Shown: positions 1 to 9,317 of the stretch, piece after piece | Layout of the letters: every line of letters begins with the position of its first letter | Position numbering within the stretch: position 1 is the first letter of the stretch | From: Candidatus Thorarchaeota archaeon | GTDB taxonomy: Archaea; Asgardarchaeota; Thorarchaeia; Thorarchaeales; Thorarchaeaceae | Direction of reading: 5' to 3' | Length of the DNA stretch: 64,000 nucleotides | Assembly: GCA_019057475.1 (NCBI GenBank) | Contig: DXJO01000007.1 | Span: 43,192 to 107,191 of the forward strand | Program-made: the position numbers and the translations under genes | Notes under the pieces: generated by a model | Databases searched by the model: none | Seen by the model: the letters and a program-made list of their open reading frames with translations, nothing else | What the model was told of the DNA's origin: nothing

Positions 1-93
1 TACTGTCGTCTTCTTGCCACTACTTGACTTACCAGCGCTACGCTTCTTTTTCTTGCCAGACTTGGTGCGTCCAGTCTTCTTCGAAGGACTCAT
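1..93 (-). CDS. Partial CDS (runs off window), Lys/Ser-rich basic N-terminus MSPSKKTGRTKSGKKKKRSAGKSSSGKKTTV; possibly a ribosomal (S25e-like) or nucleic-acid-binding protein
   Basis: ATG at 93 preceded by SD-like GGAGTGA; frame open to the window edge; identity is a guess from composition. Confidence 0.55.
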   Translation of the reverse strand, partial: MSPSKKTGRTKSGKKKKRSAGKSSSGKKTTV

Positions 94-370
94 TCTAATC
101 ACTCCGTAGGCTTCATTGGTTCAAGCCCTAAGATCTACATTATTTCGTGGATAGGAAAACGAGCGTCTTCCCCACATAAAGCAGTTCTCTGCTTCTAGTA
201 ATCGTGGAATCTCCATTATGCCTATTAGGCTTTTGCCGGTATACATGCTTGTAGAAGCATTCTGGTCCTTCTGGAGCACTCCTCCGATAGAGTGGGTTTC
301 TTCCAGAGAAGTGAACAACAAACAGAGGATTTTTCCGTGTTACAGATACCGGGGGGGCCGAGATGAAGCA

Positions 371-1126
371 TTGAACAAGCAAAGTATCTCCATCATGGCC
401 CTGGTAGGTGTCCCCATCATTGATTATGGAGATGATGTTGCAGATGCTATACTCAATGCTCTTGAACCCTCAAACATCCAGCTGCTGGATGGAGACCTGG
501 TCATTATCGCTCATACAGTCGTTTCGAAGTCCGAAGGGAGAGTTGTGCACGGTGACGAGGTGTCAGTGTCAGGCAAGGCAAGAAAAATAGCTGAACAGAA
601 TGGCTTCGATCCCGTGCAAGTCGAACTGGCATTGAGAGAAAGCAAGGAAGTGATTCGGAGTGAGGGAACTCTCATTACTGAAACCAAGACTGGACTTGTA
701 TGCAACTTCAGTGGGGTTGACCGTTCAAATGCACCCGAGGATTCGTATGTTCTTCTCCCTGAGGATCCTGACCGGAGTGCAAGAGAGATTTTGAGGAAGC
801 TGACTGATGCAACCAGCGTCAGATTAGGAATTGTCATAACCGATACACAAGGAAGACCCTGGAGAAAAGGGTCCGTGAATCTTGCAATTGGGTCTGCAGG
901 GATTAACGCATTCAAACACAATAGAGGGAAGCAAGATCTCTATGGAAGAACTCTCAAGAGATCTACTGTCTGTCAGGTGGACGAGCTGGCAGCATCCGCG
1001 GAACCCCTCATGGGACAGGCAGACGAGGGGATTCCAGTTGTTATCATCCGGGGTTACGAGTATGAAGATGGTTCAGAGAGCGGTAGAGATATTCCTCGCC
1101 CAAAGAGCGAGGACCTCTTCCACTGA
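371..1126 (+). CDS. cofE: Coenzyme F420-0:L-glutamate ligase
   Basis: Motifs VVSKSEG, SGVDRSN, LLPEDPD, ITDTQGRPWR, MGQADEGIPVVIIRG; real start probably TTG 371 or ATG 395 rather than 218. Confidence 0.9.
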   Translation: MNKQSISIMALVGVPIIDYGDDVADAILNALEPSNIQLLDGDLVIIAHTVVSKSEGRVVHGDEVSVSGKARKIAEQNGFDPVQVELALRESKEVIRSEGTLITETKTGLVCNFSGVDRSNAPEDSYVLLPEDPDRSAREILRKLTDATSVRLGIVITDTQGRPWRKGSVNLAIGSAGINAFKHNRGKQDLYGRTLKRSTVCQVDELAASAEPLMGQADEGIPVVIIRGYEYEDGSESGRDIPRPKSEDLFH

Positions 1127-1138
1127 CGAAGGATCGTC

Positions 1139-1831
1139 CTAGACCGGTTGCCCACACTTGCCGCAGAACTTGGAACCCGCAGGCAGTGGTTGGCCACACT
1201 TCGTACAGAACCCGCCGCCTCCCTCTGTGGGCACGTGGATGTGGATGGTTTCGCCCCCGCCTTGAGCTGGTGCTCCTCCGCCGCCTTCGAGTGGCGCTCC
1301 ACACTTTGGACATGTTGTGGCATTGGGAGCAGTTGTACCGCAATATGGGCACTTGCCTTCGTTCTGGGCAGAATTGACATTTGCAATGACAGAGGGAATG
1401 ACCTTGCTCTGCTTGAACTCAAACTGCATGTTTCCGCCTGATTTGAGCTCGACTATCAGTTTCTTACCGCTCTGAGTTGCTTGACTGATTGCCACAAGCG
1501 GGAGGGCGATGGTTTCCGTATTTCCGTTCTTATCCTTGTTGTAATAGGAATCCATGGTCCATGAAGAGACCGCCACGCCAATGGATGCATAGGCTACTGT
1601 TCGGCCAGCACGCCGAATCGCGCGTCCGGCAACGCCGCCAATGCTATCTCCAATTATGTCAGCGGCTATAGCTCCACCAACTGCAGCAGCGATTCCTCCG
1701 AACTTTCCCATGCCGCCCCATTTCGAAGGCTTCTTGATCCATACGATGCGAACATCGGTGAGCTCGAGTGAGCCATCCTCACCATCAAACTTCACATCTT
1801 TTTCTCGTATCATCTTCTTTTCATAGTTCAT
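1139..1831 (-). CDS. Zinc-ribbon domain protein (two double CxxC ribbons at C-terminus, Gly/Ala-rich segment)
   Basis: CPYCG..CPKCG and CTKCG..CGKCG; start probably ATG 1831 (MNYEKK). Confidence 0.7.
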   Translation of the reverse strand: MNYEKKMIREKDVKFDGEDGSLELTDVRIVWIKKPSKWGGMGKFGGIAAAVGGAIAADIIGDSIGGVAGRAIRRAGRTVAYASIGVAVSSWTMDSYYNKDKNGNTETIALPLVAISQATQSGKKLIVELKSGGNMQFEFKQSKVIPSVIANVNSAQNEGKCPYCGTTAPNATTCPKCGAPLEGGGGAPAQGGGETIHIHVPTEGGGGFCTKCGQPLPAGSKFCGKCGQPV

Positions 1832-2021
1832 GGTCGTGAGACCAGAACCCGAATAGGTCACTGTTAGAAAGCCAGGTCGTTCTCCCAAGTTTAACACCGA
1901 CCGTTTCTTGATATCAAATGATTTTAACTTTGCTGAGGATGAACTACGGAACTGCATGTGACAATCAAATCATATCGTCGACCTTCCCACCAAGGAAGAT
2001 CTAGCAGTTCGCACTTAGTGA

Positions 2022-3533
2022 TTACTCCTCCATGGGTTTATCGTCGAATACTTCAGTAGGCCACGACTCCGTGAATTCTTCCGAAGACTTGTCCCCGAGC
2101 ACATCTGATTCCATCGATGGTGTCGCCCAAGTGTCCTCTGTAGGGATTGGTTTTGGCTGGGCAAGTCCGTGTCTAATCAACAGCACACCCACTAAGGATA
2201 CGATCGCTATCCCCGTTAGTGTCAACGGAAAGCCATACATGGGAACGAGCATACCAAATAGTGCGATCTGCGGAATGGCAAAGACAATCGCTACGGTTGG
2301 AATGAGCGAGTAGATGCTGTTACGAATGCGATTCGGAATGACATCCAGGAGCATGCGTTGTGTGAGAATCTCTGCAAATCCGCCAAAGAAGCTCGTAGCG
2401 GCAAATGTGATGAAAGCAAGGACAATAGGGATGATCGATTGCTGTGGTATGCTCACTATGATCAAGTCGGTGAAAGGCCACAATACATCAATTGTAGGCG
2501 CATTTGCCAGCGGCGGAGGAAAGATATAGGTAATTGCTGCAAGGATTCCAAAGAATAGGAAACCACACGTTTGAAGGAGACGAAAACGGGGTATCCATTT
2601 GATGGGCTCAAATCGTTTTGACCAAATGCCTGACCGCTCCCGTGCTGCGACTCCTGGCAAGAATAAGAGTGTACGATAGCTTGCTACTGCTACGTCGGTA
2701 ATAAGGTAGCTAAAGTAGAAAGGAAAGAGAATCAGATTCCCCCAAACCATTATGCTGCTGATTGTTAACATCCCTCCGATGATAAGGTATTTGACAAACT
2801 TATCACCGAACAGGAAATTCACTCCGGACCTGAGTATTGACAAGTATTCACTTGTGGAAGGGCGTTTCTCTCGGGCTTCTCGAACCTCTGGGAAGTCCAC
2901 TACATATTTGAATACTGCAATTGCTACCACCACACAGAGGACAGCCTGGAGCTGAAACACCCAAGCCCTCTGAAATAGCATGGCCAGAATGCTGCCAGGA
3001 ATCAGTGACAGCGTCGCGACTATCCCAAAGACCATTCCAATCCGACCTTGAAAGACACCGTACTGTTTTCTATCAGTGTCCTCAGGCATCGCCGCCCTGT
3101 AATTATTGTCAAACCAAGCACCAAATGCTCCACTCTCTTGCGCCGATGCGAATCCTTGTAGTGCATAGATTACAACCAGAAAGAGGAATGGAGTCGAGCT
3201 GGTGACCAGCGACACCATATAGAATACGACACCATATAGAATGAAGGCTGAAGAGATTATATATCGCTGGCCAAGCCAGTCCCCGATCCCTCCTGTAGGA
3301 TAGTCGAAAATTGTTTGTACCGCCAGCTGAATAACTACAAGAACACCTACCAAGCCCATACCCTGCATAAAGTCGCCGCTCCCCAGAGCCTCTGCTATGA
3401 AAATGACGTAAAACGTTGTTGAGAGCATGACCGTCACGGAAATTATGGGGAAGAATACAATCATGAGCCGAGCCATTCTCATTATCCTATCGTTGGGTTC
3501 AGTGAAACCAAAGAAGTTCGCTAATCTACTCAT
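2022..3533 (-). CDS. MFS transporter
   Basis: About 12 hydrophobic segments; motif-A-like DYPTGGIGDWLGQR. Confidence 0.85.
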   Translation of the reverse strand: MSRLANFFGFTEPNDRIMRMARLMIVFFPIISVTVMLSTTFYVIFIAEALGSGDFMQGMGLVGVLVVIQLAVQTIFDYPTGGIGDWLGQRYIISSAFILYGVVFYMVSLVTSSTPFLFLVVIYALQGFASAQESGAFGAWFDNNYRAAMPEDTDRKQYGVFQGRIGMVFGIVATLSLIPGSILAMLFQRAWVFQLQAVLCVVVAIAVFKYVVDFPEVREAREKRPSTSEYLSILRSGVNFLFGDKFVKYLIIGGMLTISSIMVWGNLILFPFYFSYLITDVAVASYRTLLFLPGVAARERSGIWSKRFEPIKWIPRFRLLQTCGFLFFGILAAITYIFPPPLANAPTIDVLWPFTDLIIVSIPQQSIIPIVLAFITFAATSFFGGFAEILTQRMLLDVIPNRIRNSIYSLIPTVAIVFAIPQIALFGMLVPMYGFPLTLTGIAIVSLVGVLLIRHGLAQPKPIPTEDTWATPSMESDVLGDKSSEEFTESWPTEVFDDKPMEE

Positions 3534-3725
3534 TCAGTCATTCCTCCATGGATTTCACCCTCTGCCTTGGAAACCGGAATTGAAAGAGTTAGGCCAAGAA
3601 TCCTTAAGACTTCTTGCATAACAGGAAGTCCAATTGACGGATGCCACTCAACTAGTTTCTTTGAACTCGAAGCGGGAATCATTCGTATCATTCTCCACTA
3701 GGTGGTTAGGCGGCCCCCAAGGGAG

Positions 3726-5174
3726 CTACTCCGCAGGGACCGCCAGTGAGATAGACTCTGTTTTGGCTATGTCGTCGTGCTTAGCTGGAATCGGGTAGCT
3801 TAGACCTTTCCGAATCATGACAACTCCGATCAAAGCCACGATTCCAACAGATGCTAGAGTCACAGGAAAGCCAGCTGTTGGTATTAGCCAGCCAAACAGC
3901 GCAATCTGAGGGATTGCGAAGATTGTTGCTATTGTAGGAGATAGAGAGTACATGCCGTTCCTGATCTTGTTCGGGATTACATCTAGTAGGATTCTCTGAG
4001 TTAGAATCTCAGCGAACCCACCGAACAATCCAGTCAGCGTGAATGTACACATTATCAATAGCACTGGCAAAACTGAACTAGCTGGCATCCGCATAATGGC
4101 AATGGTTGTGAAAGGTAGAATCACATCGATGATTGCCCCACCTGCGGCAGGGGGAAAGAGAAACATCGTGATTGCCAACACAATGTAGAACAAGAAACCT
4201 CCGAACTGAAGGAGTCGGAACCGCGGAATCCATGTCGTTGGATCGAATTTCCTAGACCAAACGCCAGATCTTTCCTGTGTGAAGATTCCGGGAATGAATA
4301 GAATTGTTCTGAAACTTGATACTGCGATGTCTGAAACCAAATACGAGAAGTATAGAGGGAAGAGAATCAGCTCAAACCATACGAATCCTGCGCTCCATAT
4401 AACGCAGCCTCCAATGGTTACGTACATCATGAACTTATTACTGAACAGGAAACTAACTCCAGACTTCAGTAGCGATGTGTACTCGTTCATGGTCGGCTTC
4501 TGTCTGGCAGCCTCTACTTCAGGGAAATCCTGCACCAGACGAAGCACGATTGCAGCTATGACCACGCACAACACTGCTTGAAGCTGGAATACCCACGCCC
4601 TGCCGAGAAGCGCTGCGATGATGCTTCCAGGTATCAGAGCTGCAGTTGCCACGATTTGGAAAAGCATTCCGATTTTTCCCCAAAACACGCCATACTGCTT
4701 TCTGTCCTTATCACCAGGCATCGCTACTCTGTAGTTATTATCAAACCAAGCATTGAATGAGCCACTGAGCTGGGAGCTTCCAATACCCATCAAAGCATAG
4801 AGAGCAATCAGGAAGACGAAGGGAGTGGTGCTATTAACCAGCGAGACCATGTAGTATGCAAGGCCATAACAAAGGAATGCGGACGCTATCACGTAGCGTT
4901 GACCAATCCAATCGCCTATCGCACCTGTTGGGTAATCCAACAAGGTCTGGACGACCATCTGAATGACGATCAAAAATCCTACGAGCATCATTCCGTCAAT
5001 GAAGGAGCCACCGCCCAAGGCCTCCGCCACGAAGACCATGAAGAAAGTGGTGCTAAGCTGTATTGTAGCAGCCACAACAGGAAGCAGCATAGACATTATC
5101 TTAGCTAACCGCAGGATCTTATCGTTTGCGTCAGTCAATCCAAAGAAGGTACCTAGTTTGCTCACTACAAGCAC
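3726..5174 (-). CDS. MFS transporter (tandem paralogue of 2022-3533)
   Basis: DYPTGAIGDWIGQR; shares AWFDNNYR and FGGFAEILTQR with its neighbour. Confidence 0.85.
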   Translation of the reverse strand: MLVVSKLGTFFGLTDANDKILRLAKIMSMLLPVVAATIQLSTTFFMVFVAEALGGGSFIDGMMLVGFLIVIQMVVQTLLDYPTGAIGDWIGQRYVIASAFLCYGLAYYMVSLVNSTTPFVFLIALYALMGIGSSQLSGSFNAWFDNNYRVAMPGDKDRKQYGVFWGKIGMLFQIVATAALIPGSIIAALLGRAWVFQLQAVLCVVIAAIVLRLVQDFPEVEAARQKPTMNEYTSLLKSGVSFLFSNKFMMYVTIGGCVIWSAGFVWFELILFPLYFSYLVSDIAVSSFRTILFIPGIFTQERSGVWSRKFDPTTWIPRFRLLQFGGFLFYIVLAITMFLFPPAAGGAIIDVILPFTTIAIMRMPASSVLPVLLIMCTFTLTGLFGGFAEILTQRILLDVIPNKIRNGMYSLSPTIATIFAIPQIALFGWLIPTAGFPVTLASVGIVALIGVVMIRKGLSYPIPAKHDDIAKTESISLAVPAE

Positions 5175-5376
5175 CTCCGCTCATGACTGCCATAGAGAAC
5201 TGCCGTGACGCGAGTCCCCTTTGGGGCAAATACTGCGCATTCCACGCAGGCTGCTGCATCTGTCGGTGTTGTTTCACTTCTCATTTCGTAGACCTCACAT
5301 TTCTTTGGACTGGTCACACTATATCCCGTTGATGGGCAATGGTGCCCAATTCTGTGACCACTCGTGACCATGCAGT

Positions 5377-5478
5377 TTACCTTCTGTAGGCAAAAGCGTA
5401 AGAAACCGCTTCAGTAGACTGAACCTTTGCGATCTTCTTCAGCACGGATGAATCTCGATTGTTTGATGCTAGGGCCAT
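5377..5478 (-). CDS. Small peptide A, 33 aa: MALASNNRDSSVLKKIAKVQSTEAVSYAFAYRR
   Basis: Hand-translated; GGAG SD upstream; TATA box at 5541-5548 (minus); clear paralogue at 5630-5737. Confidence 0.8.
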   Translation of the reverse strand: MALASNNRDSSVLKKIAKVQSTEAVSYAFAYRR

Positions 5479-5540
5479 ACTATCATACTCCTAAGTTTGT
5501 GTGCCAAACCTTTCTGTAGTCCATGGCTTGCACATAAGTC

Positions 5541-5554
5541 TATATAAAGGTTTT
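5541..5554 (-). promoter_or_regulatory. BRE/TATA promoter (AAAACCTTTATATA) for peptide A
   Basis: Matches the archaeal TTTATATA consensus with a purine-rich BRE, about 63 bp upstream of the ATG. Confidence 0.65.
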
Positions 5555-5629
5555 CTCTCCAAACCATATCCTGTGTAATCGTCTGGAGTTAAAACCCAAT
5601 CATTCACTTATCAGACACCTCTACACAAT

Positions 5630-5737
5630 CTACCTTCGGTAGGTGAATGCAAAGCTGATTGCTTCAGTTGACTGGATCTTCACGATATTCTTGTTCTTGA
5701 GCGCTGACGAGTTCCGGTTGTTAGTTGCTAGAGCCAT
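5630..5737 (-). CDS. Small peptide B, 35 aa: MALATNNRNSSALKNKNIVKIQSTEAISFAFTYRR
   Basis: Hand-translated; paralogue of peptide A with synonymous codon changes and an in-frame 6-nt indel; TTATATA at 5769-5775 (minus). Confidence 0.8.
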   Translation of the reverse strand: MALATNNRNSSALKNKNIVKIQSTEAISFAFTYRR

Positions 5738-5793
5738 TATATCTCACAAGATATCCTCTCAGAATCAGTATATAATGCGAAGCCACAATTCAG

Positions 5794-5823
5794 GGTCACA
5801 GAAAGTGGTCACATCTTGTGACT
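5794..5823. promoter_or_regulatory. Putative operator: GGTCACA repeats and near-palindrome TGGTCACA-tct-TGTGACTA
   Basis: Same motif recurs at 5311-5317, 5354-5360 and 5364-5370; lies just upstream of the peptide B TATA box. Confidence 0.4.
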
Positions 5824-6025
5824 ATGTAAAGGGAGTCTGACAGTCAAACATATATCTGAACGAGTGATTGATGAATCAGAGGATGAGGGTACAAAGAGCA
5901 CGCTCTCCTCTCACTCAGAAGACCCACACTGTTTGGGTTCCTTCTGGCATAAGTCACTTCTCATCCTAGTGAAGGATTACTTCCAATACAGGTCAATGGT
6001 ATTCCTGTGCTGACAGTACCTGCAC

Positions 6026-6579
6026 TTGAGTGGTTCTCCCGCCTTCAGCTTGGTGACCTCAATGAGGGTCAGAAACCGACCAAGTGATGATGCAAAGATG
6101 TTGATCCCAATGCTCGAAGGGATGTGGGCAGATGAGCTTGAGGTGGTCTATGGTGACAAGGCGTACCTGTCGAAGATCAATGTGACCTACATTCACAGTC
6201 TGAGTGCAAAAGCTGTGATTGAACCGAAGAGGGGATTGACTGGGAAGGCTCATGGACACGGGGAGTACGCAAGGCTGGTGAAGGAGTATCCTGGAAATCC
6301 CGAGGATGGAAGGAGAAATACGAGTACGGGAAGAGGAGTCTGGTGGAGAGTGTGTTTGGAGCCGTGAAGGTGAAGTTCGGAGGGATATTGAGGTCAAGGT
6401 GATACAACAGGAGTCTTGTGGAAACCGTGTTCAGCATGATGAAGCTGAGATTCGGGGGAGGACTGAGTTCGAGAAGGTACAGAGAGCAGAGGAGAGAGTT
6501 ACTCATCATAGTGATCCTACATAATATCGGGAGGGTGAACTTCTTGGAGTATGCCGGGAGGTGATTTATTGGACAGAGC
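6026..6579 (+). pseudogene. IS5-family-like DDE transposase remnant (5'-truncated, frameshifted, internal stop) with probable right end ...ATTGGACAGAGC
   Basis: YGDKAYLS motif; frameshift near 6300 into WKEKYEYGKRSLVESVF; TGA at 6400; ends ...ILHNI...* at 6564. Confidence 0.75.
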
Positions 6580-6620
6580 TTAAGAAAAGAAGGTTTTAAA
6601 TAAAACAATGATGAGTTAGA

Positions 6621-6649
6621 TAATTGCAATTATTTTTTGTAATTGCAAC
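6621..6649. promoter_or_regulatory. Perfect 12-bp palindrome TAATTGCAATTA plus a second TAATTGCAA copy; putative repressor site
   Basis: Lies between a TATA-like TTTTAAATAA (about 6594-6603) and ATG 6669. Confidence 0.45.
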
Positions 6650-6668
6650 GAAGTATAATGTGAGAGAA

Positions 6669-7283
6669 ATGAAAGCAAAATTCAAATCCAAATATAAATC
6701 TGCAATCTCTCTAGCGATGTTTTTGGTTTTAGTAAACACCATGGTAATTGCTGCACCCGTGAAAGCCGCTGATCCCAGTCGCATCTTAATGATTGATATC
6801 ATGGCGATAGGAGACGATTTTGATGTTCCTGGAGCTAGAAGCTCTATCATAGGTAGGATTGAATACAATAAAGTCACCGGTGAATGTCAGGGACAGGTAG
6901 AATTTCATTTAAAACTCTATGATGAATCAGGTGAGAAAGTTTATTCGATGAAGGGAAAGCTCAAAGACGCGGCAGTTATGGAAATTCCCGCCTATTATTG
7001 CAATGTACGGGACGTCACGTGGACTAACTTATGGCTTGTCATAGGCGAGGGAAAAATTAAAACTACTGATACAGATATCGAGATAGAATATCGAGGGAAT
7101 CTAATAACCTTGCCTAATACCGGAGGTCAGTATATCACAATAAACCTCGCTATGCTTGTAAGCCCTAATGGTGAATATATTGGGGGAGTTTGGGAACAAG
7201 GAGGATGGGCTGCTGCAGGAATGTTGGGAGTATTCGGTGCGGGAACCTATTTGACAAAATATATGGAAAAATTGGTCCCATAA
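6669..7283 (+). CDS. Secreted hypothetical protein, AT-rich gene
   Basis: Signal peptide MKAKFKSKYKSAISLAMFLVLVNTMVIAAPVKA; visibly lower GC than flanks. Confidence 0.75.
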   Translation: MKAKFKSKYKSAISLAMFLVLVNTMVIAAPVKAADPSRILMIDIMAIGDDFDVPGARSSIIGRIEYNKVTGECQGQVEFHLKLYDESGEKVYSMKGKLKDAAVMEIPAYYCNVRDVTWTNLWLVIGEGKIKTTDTDIEIEYRGNLITLPNTGGQYITINLAMLVSPNGEYIGGVWEQGGWAAAGMLGVFGAGTYLTKYMEKLVP

Positions 7284-7696
7284 CACCACATCAAGCACGA
7301 ATGTGCCTGAAATAAGAATGAGGATTCTTCTCACAAATGAGCCGCGCTATTGGGAAACGCCGGTGAAACCCCCGAAGACAAAAGGTCGTGAGTTTCGGGT
7401 TCACAGGGGTAGGAAACTCTCAAGTAGAATGGACTGGCAGCCAGACACAGCGAAGAGTACCAAGAAAGGAAGAGAGAAGCCAATAAGGCTCAAGAAGGAT
7501 TATCCTATAATCTGGCGTCGATATCAGACCATACAAGGCTCCAAGAACAACGAGCTTTGGTATTTGATGATGAAGGTCTCATGATGCACCTCGCCGCACT
7601 TGCACTATTAGATTGTGACCACAAGATGTGCTTGAAAACGGTTCAATCTCATTTTGTTCACTGGTACTGTAGGTTGACGGATCAGCCAACTAGGAA

Positions 7697-8041
7697 TTGT
7701 GGGGGAAACATCACAAAGTACTGCACCACCACAGACAGCAGGATGCCACTCAACACGAGCCCCTTTCCCTTCCCAGTGTTGATGTCAGTGAACCAGAGGA
7801 TTGCTTCCACAAGGACCACGATCACCCCACAGATGGAATGTTCGAGGACACAGATGGCTCCCCAACGGGGTTAGACGATTGGCCTATCGAATGGGTTGAC
7901 GTGGAAGAAGAGAAGCACATGCGAGATATGAGATCATGGACCTGTCCCAAATGTTGGGCATCCCTCCTGCCTGACCTTGTTGAATCCATTTTGGCGGGTA
8001 GAACTGGGTCCTGTCCATTCTGTGGCACCACCCTTGGTTGA
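7697..8041 (+). CDS. Small His-rich/acidic protein with C-terminal zinc finger
   Basis: CPKC...CPFCG; N-terminal HHKVLHHH. Confidence 0.55.
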   Translation: MWGKHHKVLHHHRQQDATQHEPLSLPSVDVSEPEDCFHKDHDHPTDGMFEDTDGSPTGLDDWPIEWVDVEEEKHMRDMRSWTCPKCWASLLPDLVESILAGRTGSCPFCGTTLG

Positions 8042-8322
8042 GCAATGCATAGATTGCTATTAGATTAAGGCCACGCTGAAAAAGGGAACCGTTTATGTTT
8101 ACTGGGTCAAGAAGTAGTTCTCCTACACTACAACGTCACATGTGAGTGAAGGCTGGGTGAAAAAATAAATCGCAAGAGTATTAGACCAAGAGACCCTTGA
8201 CAACAAATACTGACTCTCTGGGCCAGTGTTTCAGTGACACACGAAGTTCTCCATGAACAAACATATTACAGACCATCTTGCGAACCAATGACATACAAAC
8301 CATCAACGAGAGGTTGTTAACG

Positions 8323-9204
8323 ATGGAGATAAAGAAGATAGCAGTTCTCGGAGCGGGTCAGATGGGCAACGGCATAGCCCAAGTCTGCGCACAGGCCGGC
8401 TACGAAGTCACTATGCGAGACATCGCACAGAAGTTCTTGGATGGTGGCATGGCCACAATAAAGAAGAACCTAGAGAGAGGTCTCAAGAAGGGGAAAATCA
8501 CTCAGGAAGAGGTTGACGCGGTTCTTGGCAGAATTAAACCAGTTCTTGAGATGAAGGATGCTGTGAAGGACGCGGACCTCATCATTGAGGCCATTCCAGA
8601 GATTGTGAAGCTTAAGCTCGATACTTGGAAGGAGGTCGACGAACTGGCTCCCAAAGAGGCGTACTTGGCATCCAACACGTCGAGCATCAGCATCACACAG
8701 ATGGCTGCTGCAACAAAGAGGCCTGAGAAGTTCGTGGGTTGTCATTTCTTCAACCCAGTTCCAGTGATGGGTCTCATAGAGATCATCAAAGGCGCCGCAA
8801 CGAATGACGAATCTGTCGAGGTCATAAAGCGGCTTGCCAAGAAGCTGAACAAGCAGACTGTGATTGTCAATGAAGCACCCGGCTTTGCAGTAAACCGCCT
8901 GCTAGTCCCAGCAATCAATGAAGCGATATTCGCAATCCAAGAGGGAGTCACCACGGTTGAGGACATGGACCTCTCAATCAAGCTTGGGCTGAACTGGCCG
9001 ATGGGTCCGCTCACCTTGGCAGACTTCGTAGGTCTGGACACTCTGCTGTACATAAGCGACTACTTCGTCGACGAATTCAAGGACAGCAAGTACAGAGCAC
9101 CGGCTCTACTGAGGAAGATGGTGCGCGCAGGATGGATGGGACGAAAGACCCGGAAGGGCTTCTACGATTATTCCGGTGAAAAGCCCGTACCTCAGCGTTT
9201 CTAG
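8323..9204 (+). CDS. hbd: 3-hydroxybutyryl-CoA (3-hydroxyacyl-CoA) dehydrogenase
   Basis: GAGQMGNG Rossmann motif, ASNTSS, HFFNP, PMGPL, ADFVGLD. Confidence 0.95.
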   Translation: MEIKKIAVLGAGQMGNGIAQVCAQAGYEVTMRDIAQKFLDGGMATIKKNLERGLKKGKITQEEVDAVLGRIKPVLEMKDAVKDADLIIEAIPEIVKLKLDTWKEVDELAPKEAYLASNTSSISITQMAAATKRPEKFVGCHFFNPVPVMGLIEIIKGAATNDESVEVIKRLAKKLNKQTVIVNEAPGFAVNRLLVPAINEAIFAIQEGVTTVEDMDLSIKLGLNWPMGPLTLADFVGLDTLLYISDYFVDEFKDSKYRAPALLRKMVRAGWMGRKTRKGFYDYSGEKPVPQRF

Positions 9205-9212
9205 TTCAGGTC

Positions 9213-9268
9213 GAGGGTTGTGTGGACACCTGCAGGAAACCACAACACCCTCCCTTACTCTTTTTCTT
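9213..9268 (+). terminator. Hairpin plus T-tract after hbd
   Basis: GAGGGTTGTGTGG...CCACAACACCCTC imperfect stem followed by TCTTTTTCTT. Confidence 0.5.
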
Positions 9269-9317
9269 CGTCAAGATTAATTAGTGCAGTTCAACAGAAT
9301 CATTGATAGTGCCCAGG

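Noticed and set aside
218-370. N-terminal extension of cofE
   Set aside because: CofE-like sequence begins at about 371-395
5643-5840. 65-aa plus-strand ORF
   Set aside because: Antisense shadow of peptide B, which has paralogue support
7303-7584. 93-aa basic ORF as a gene or transposase fragment
   Set aside because: No recognisable motif; cannot be supported
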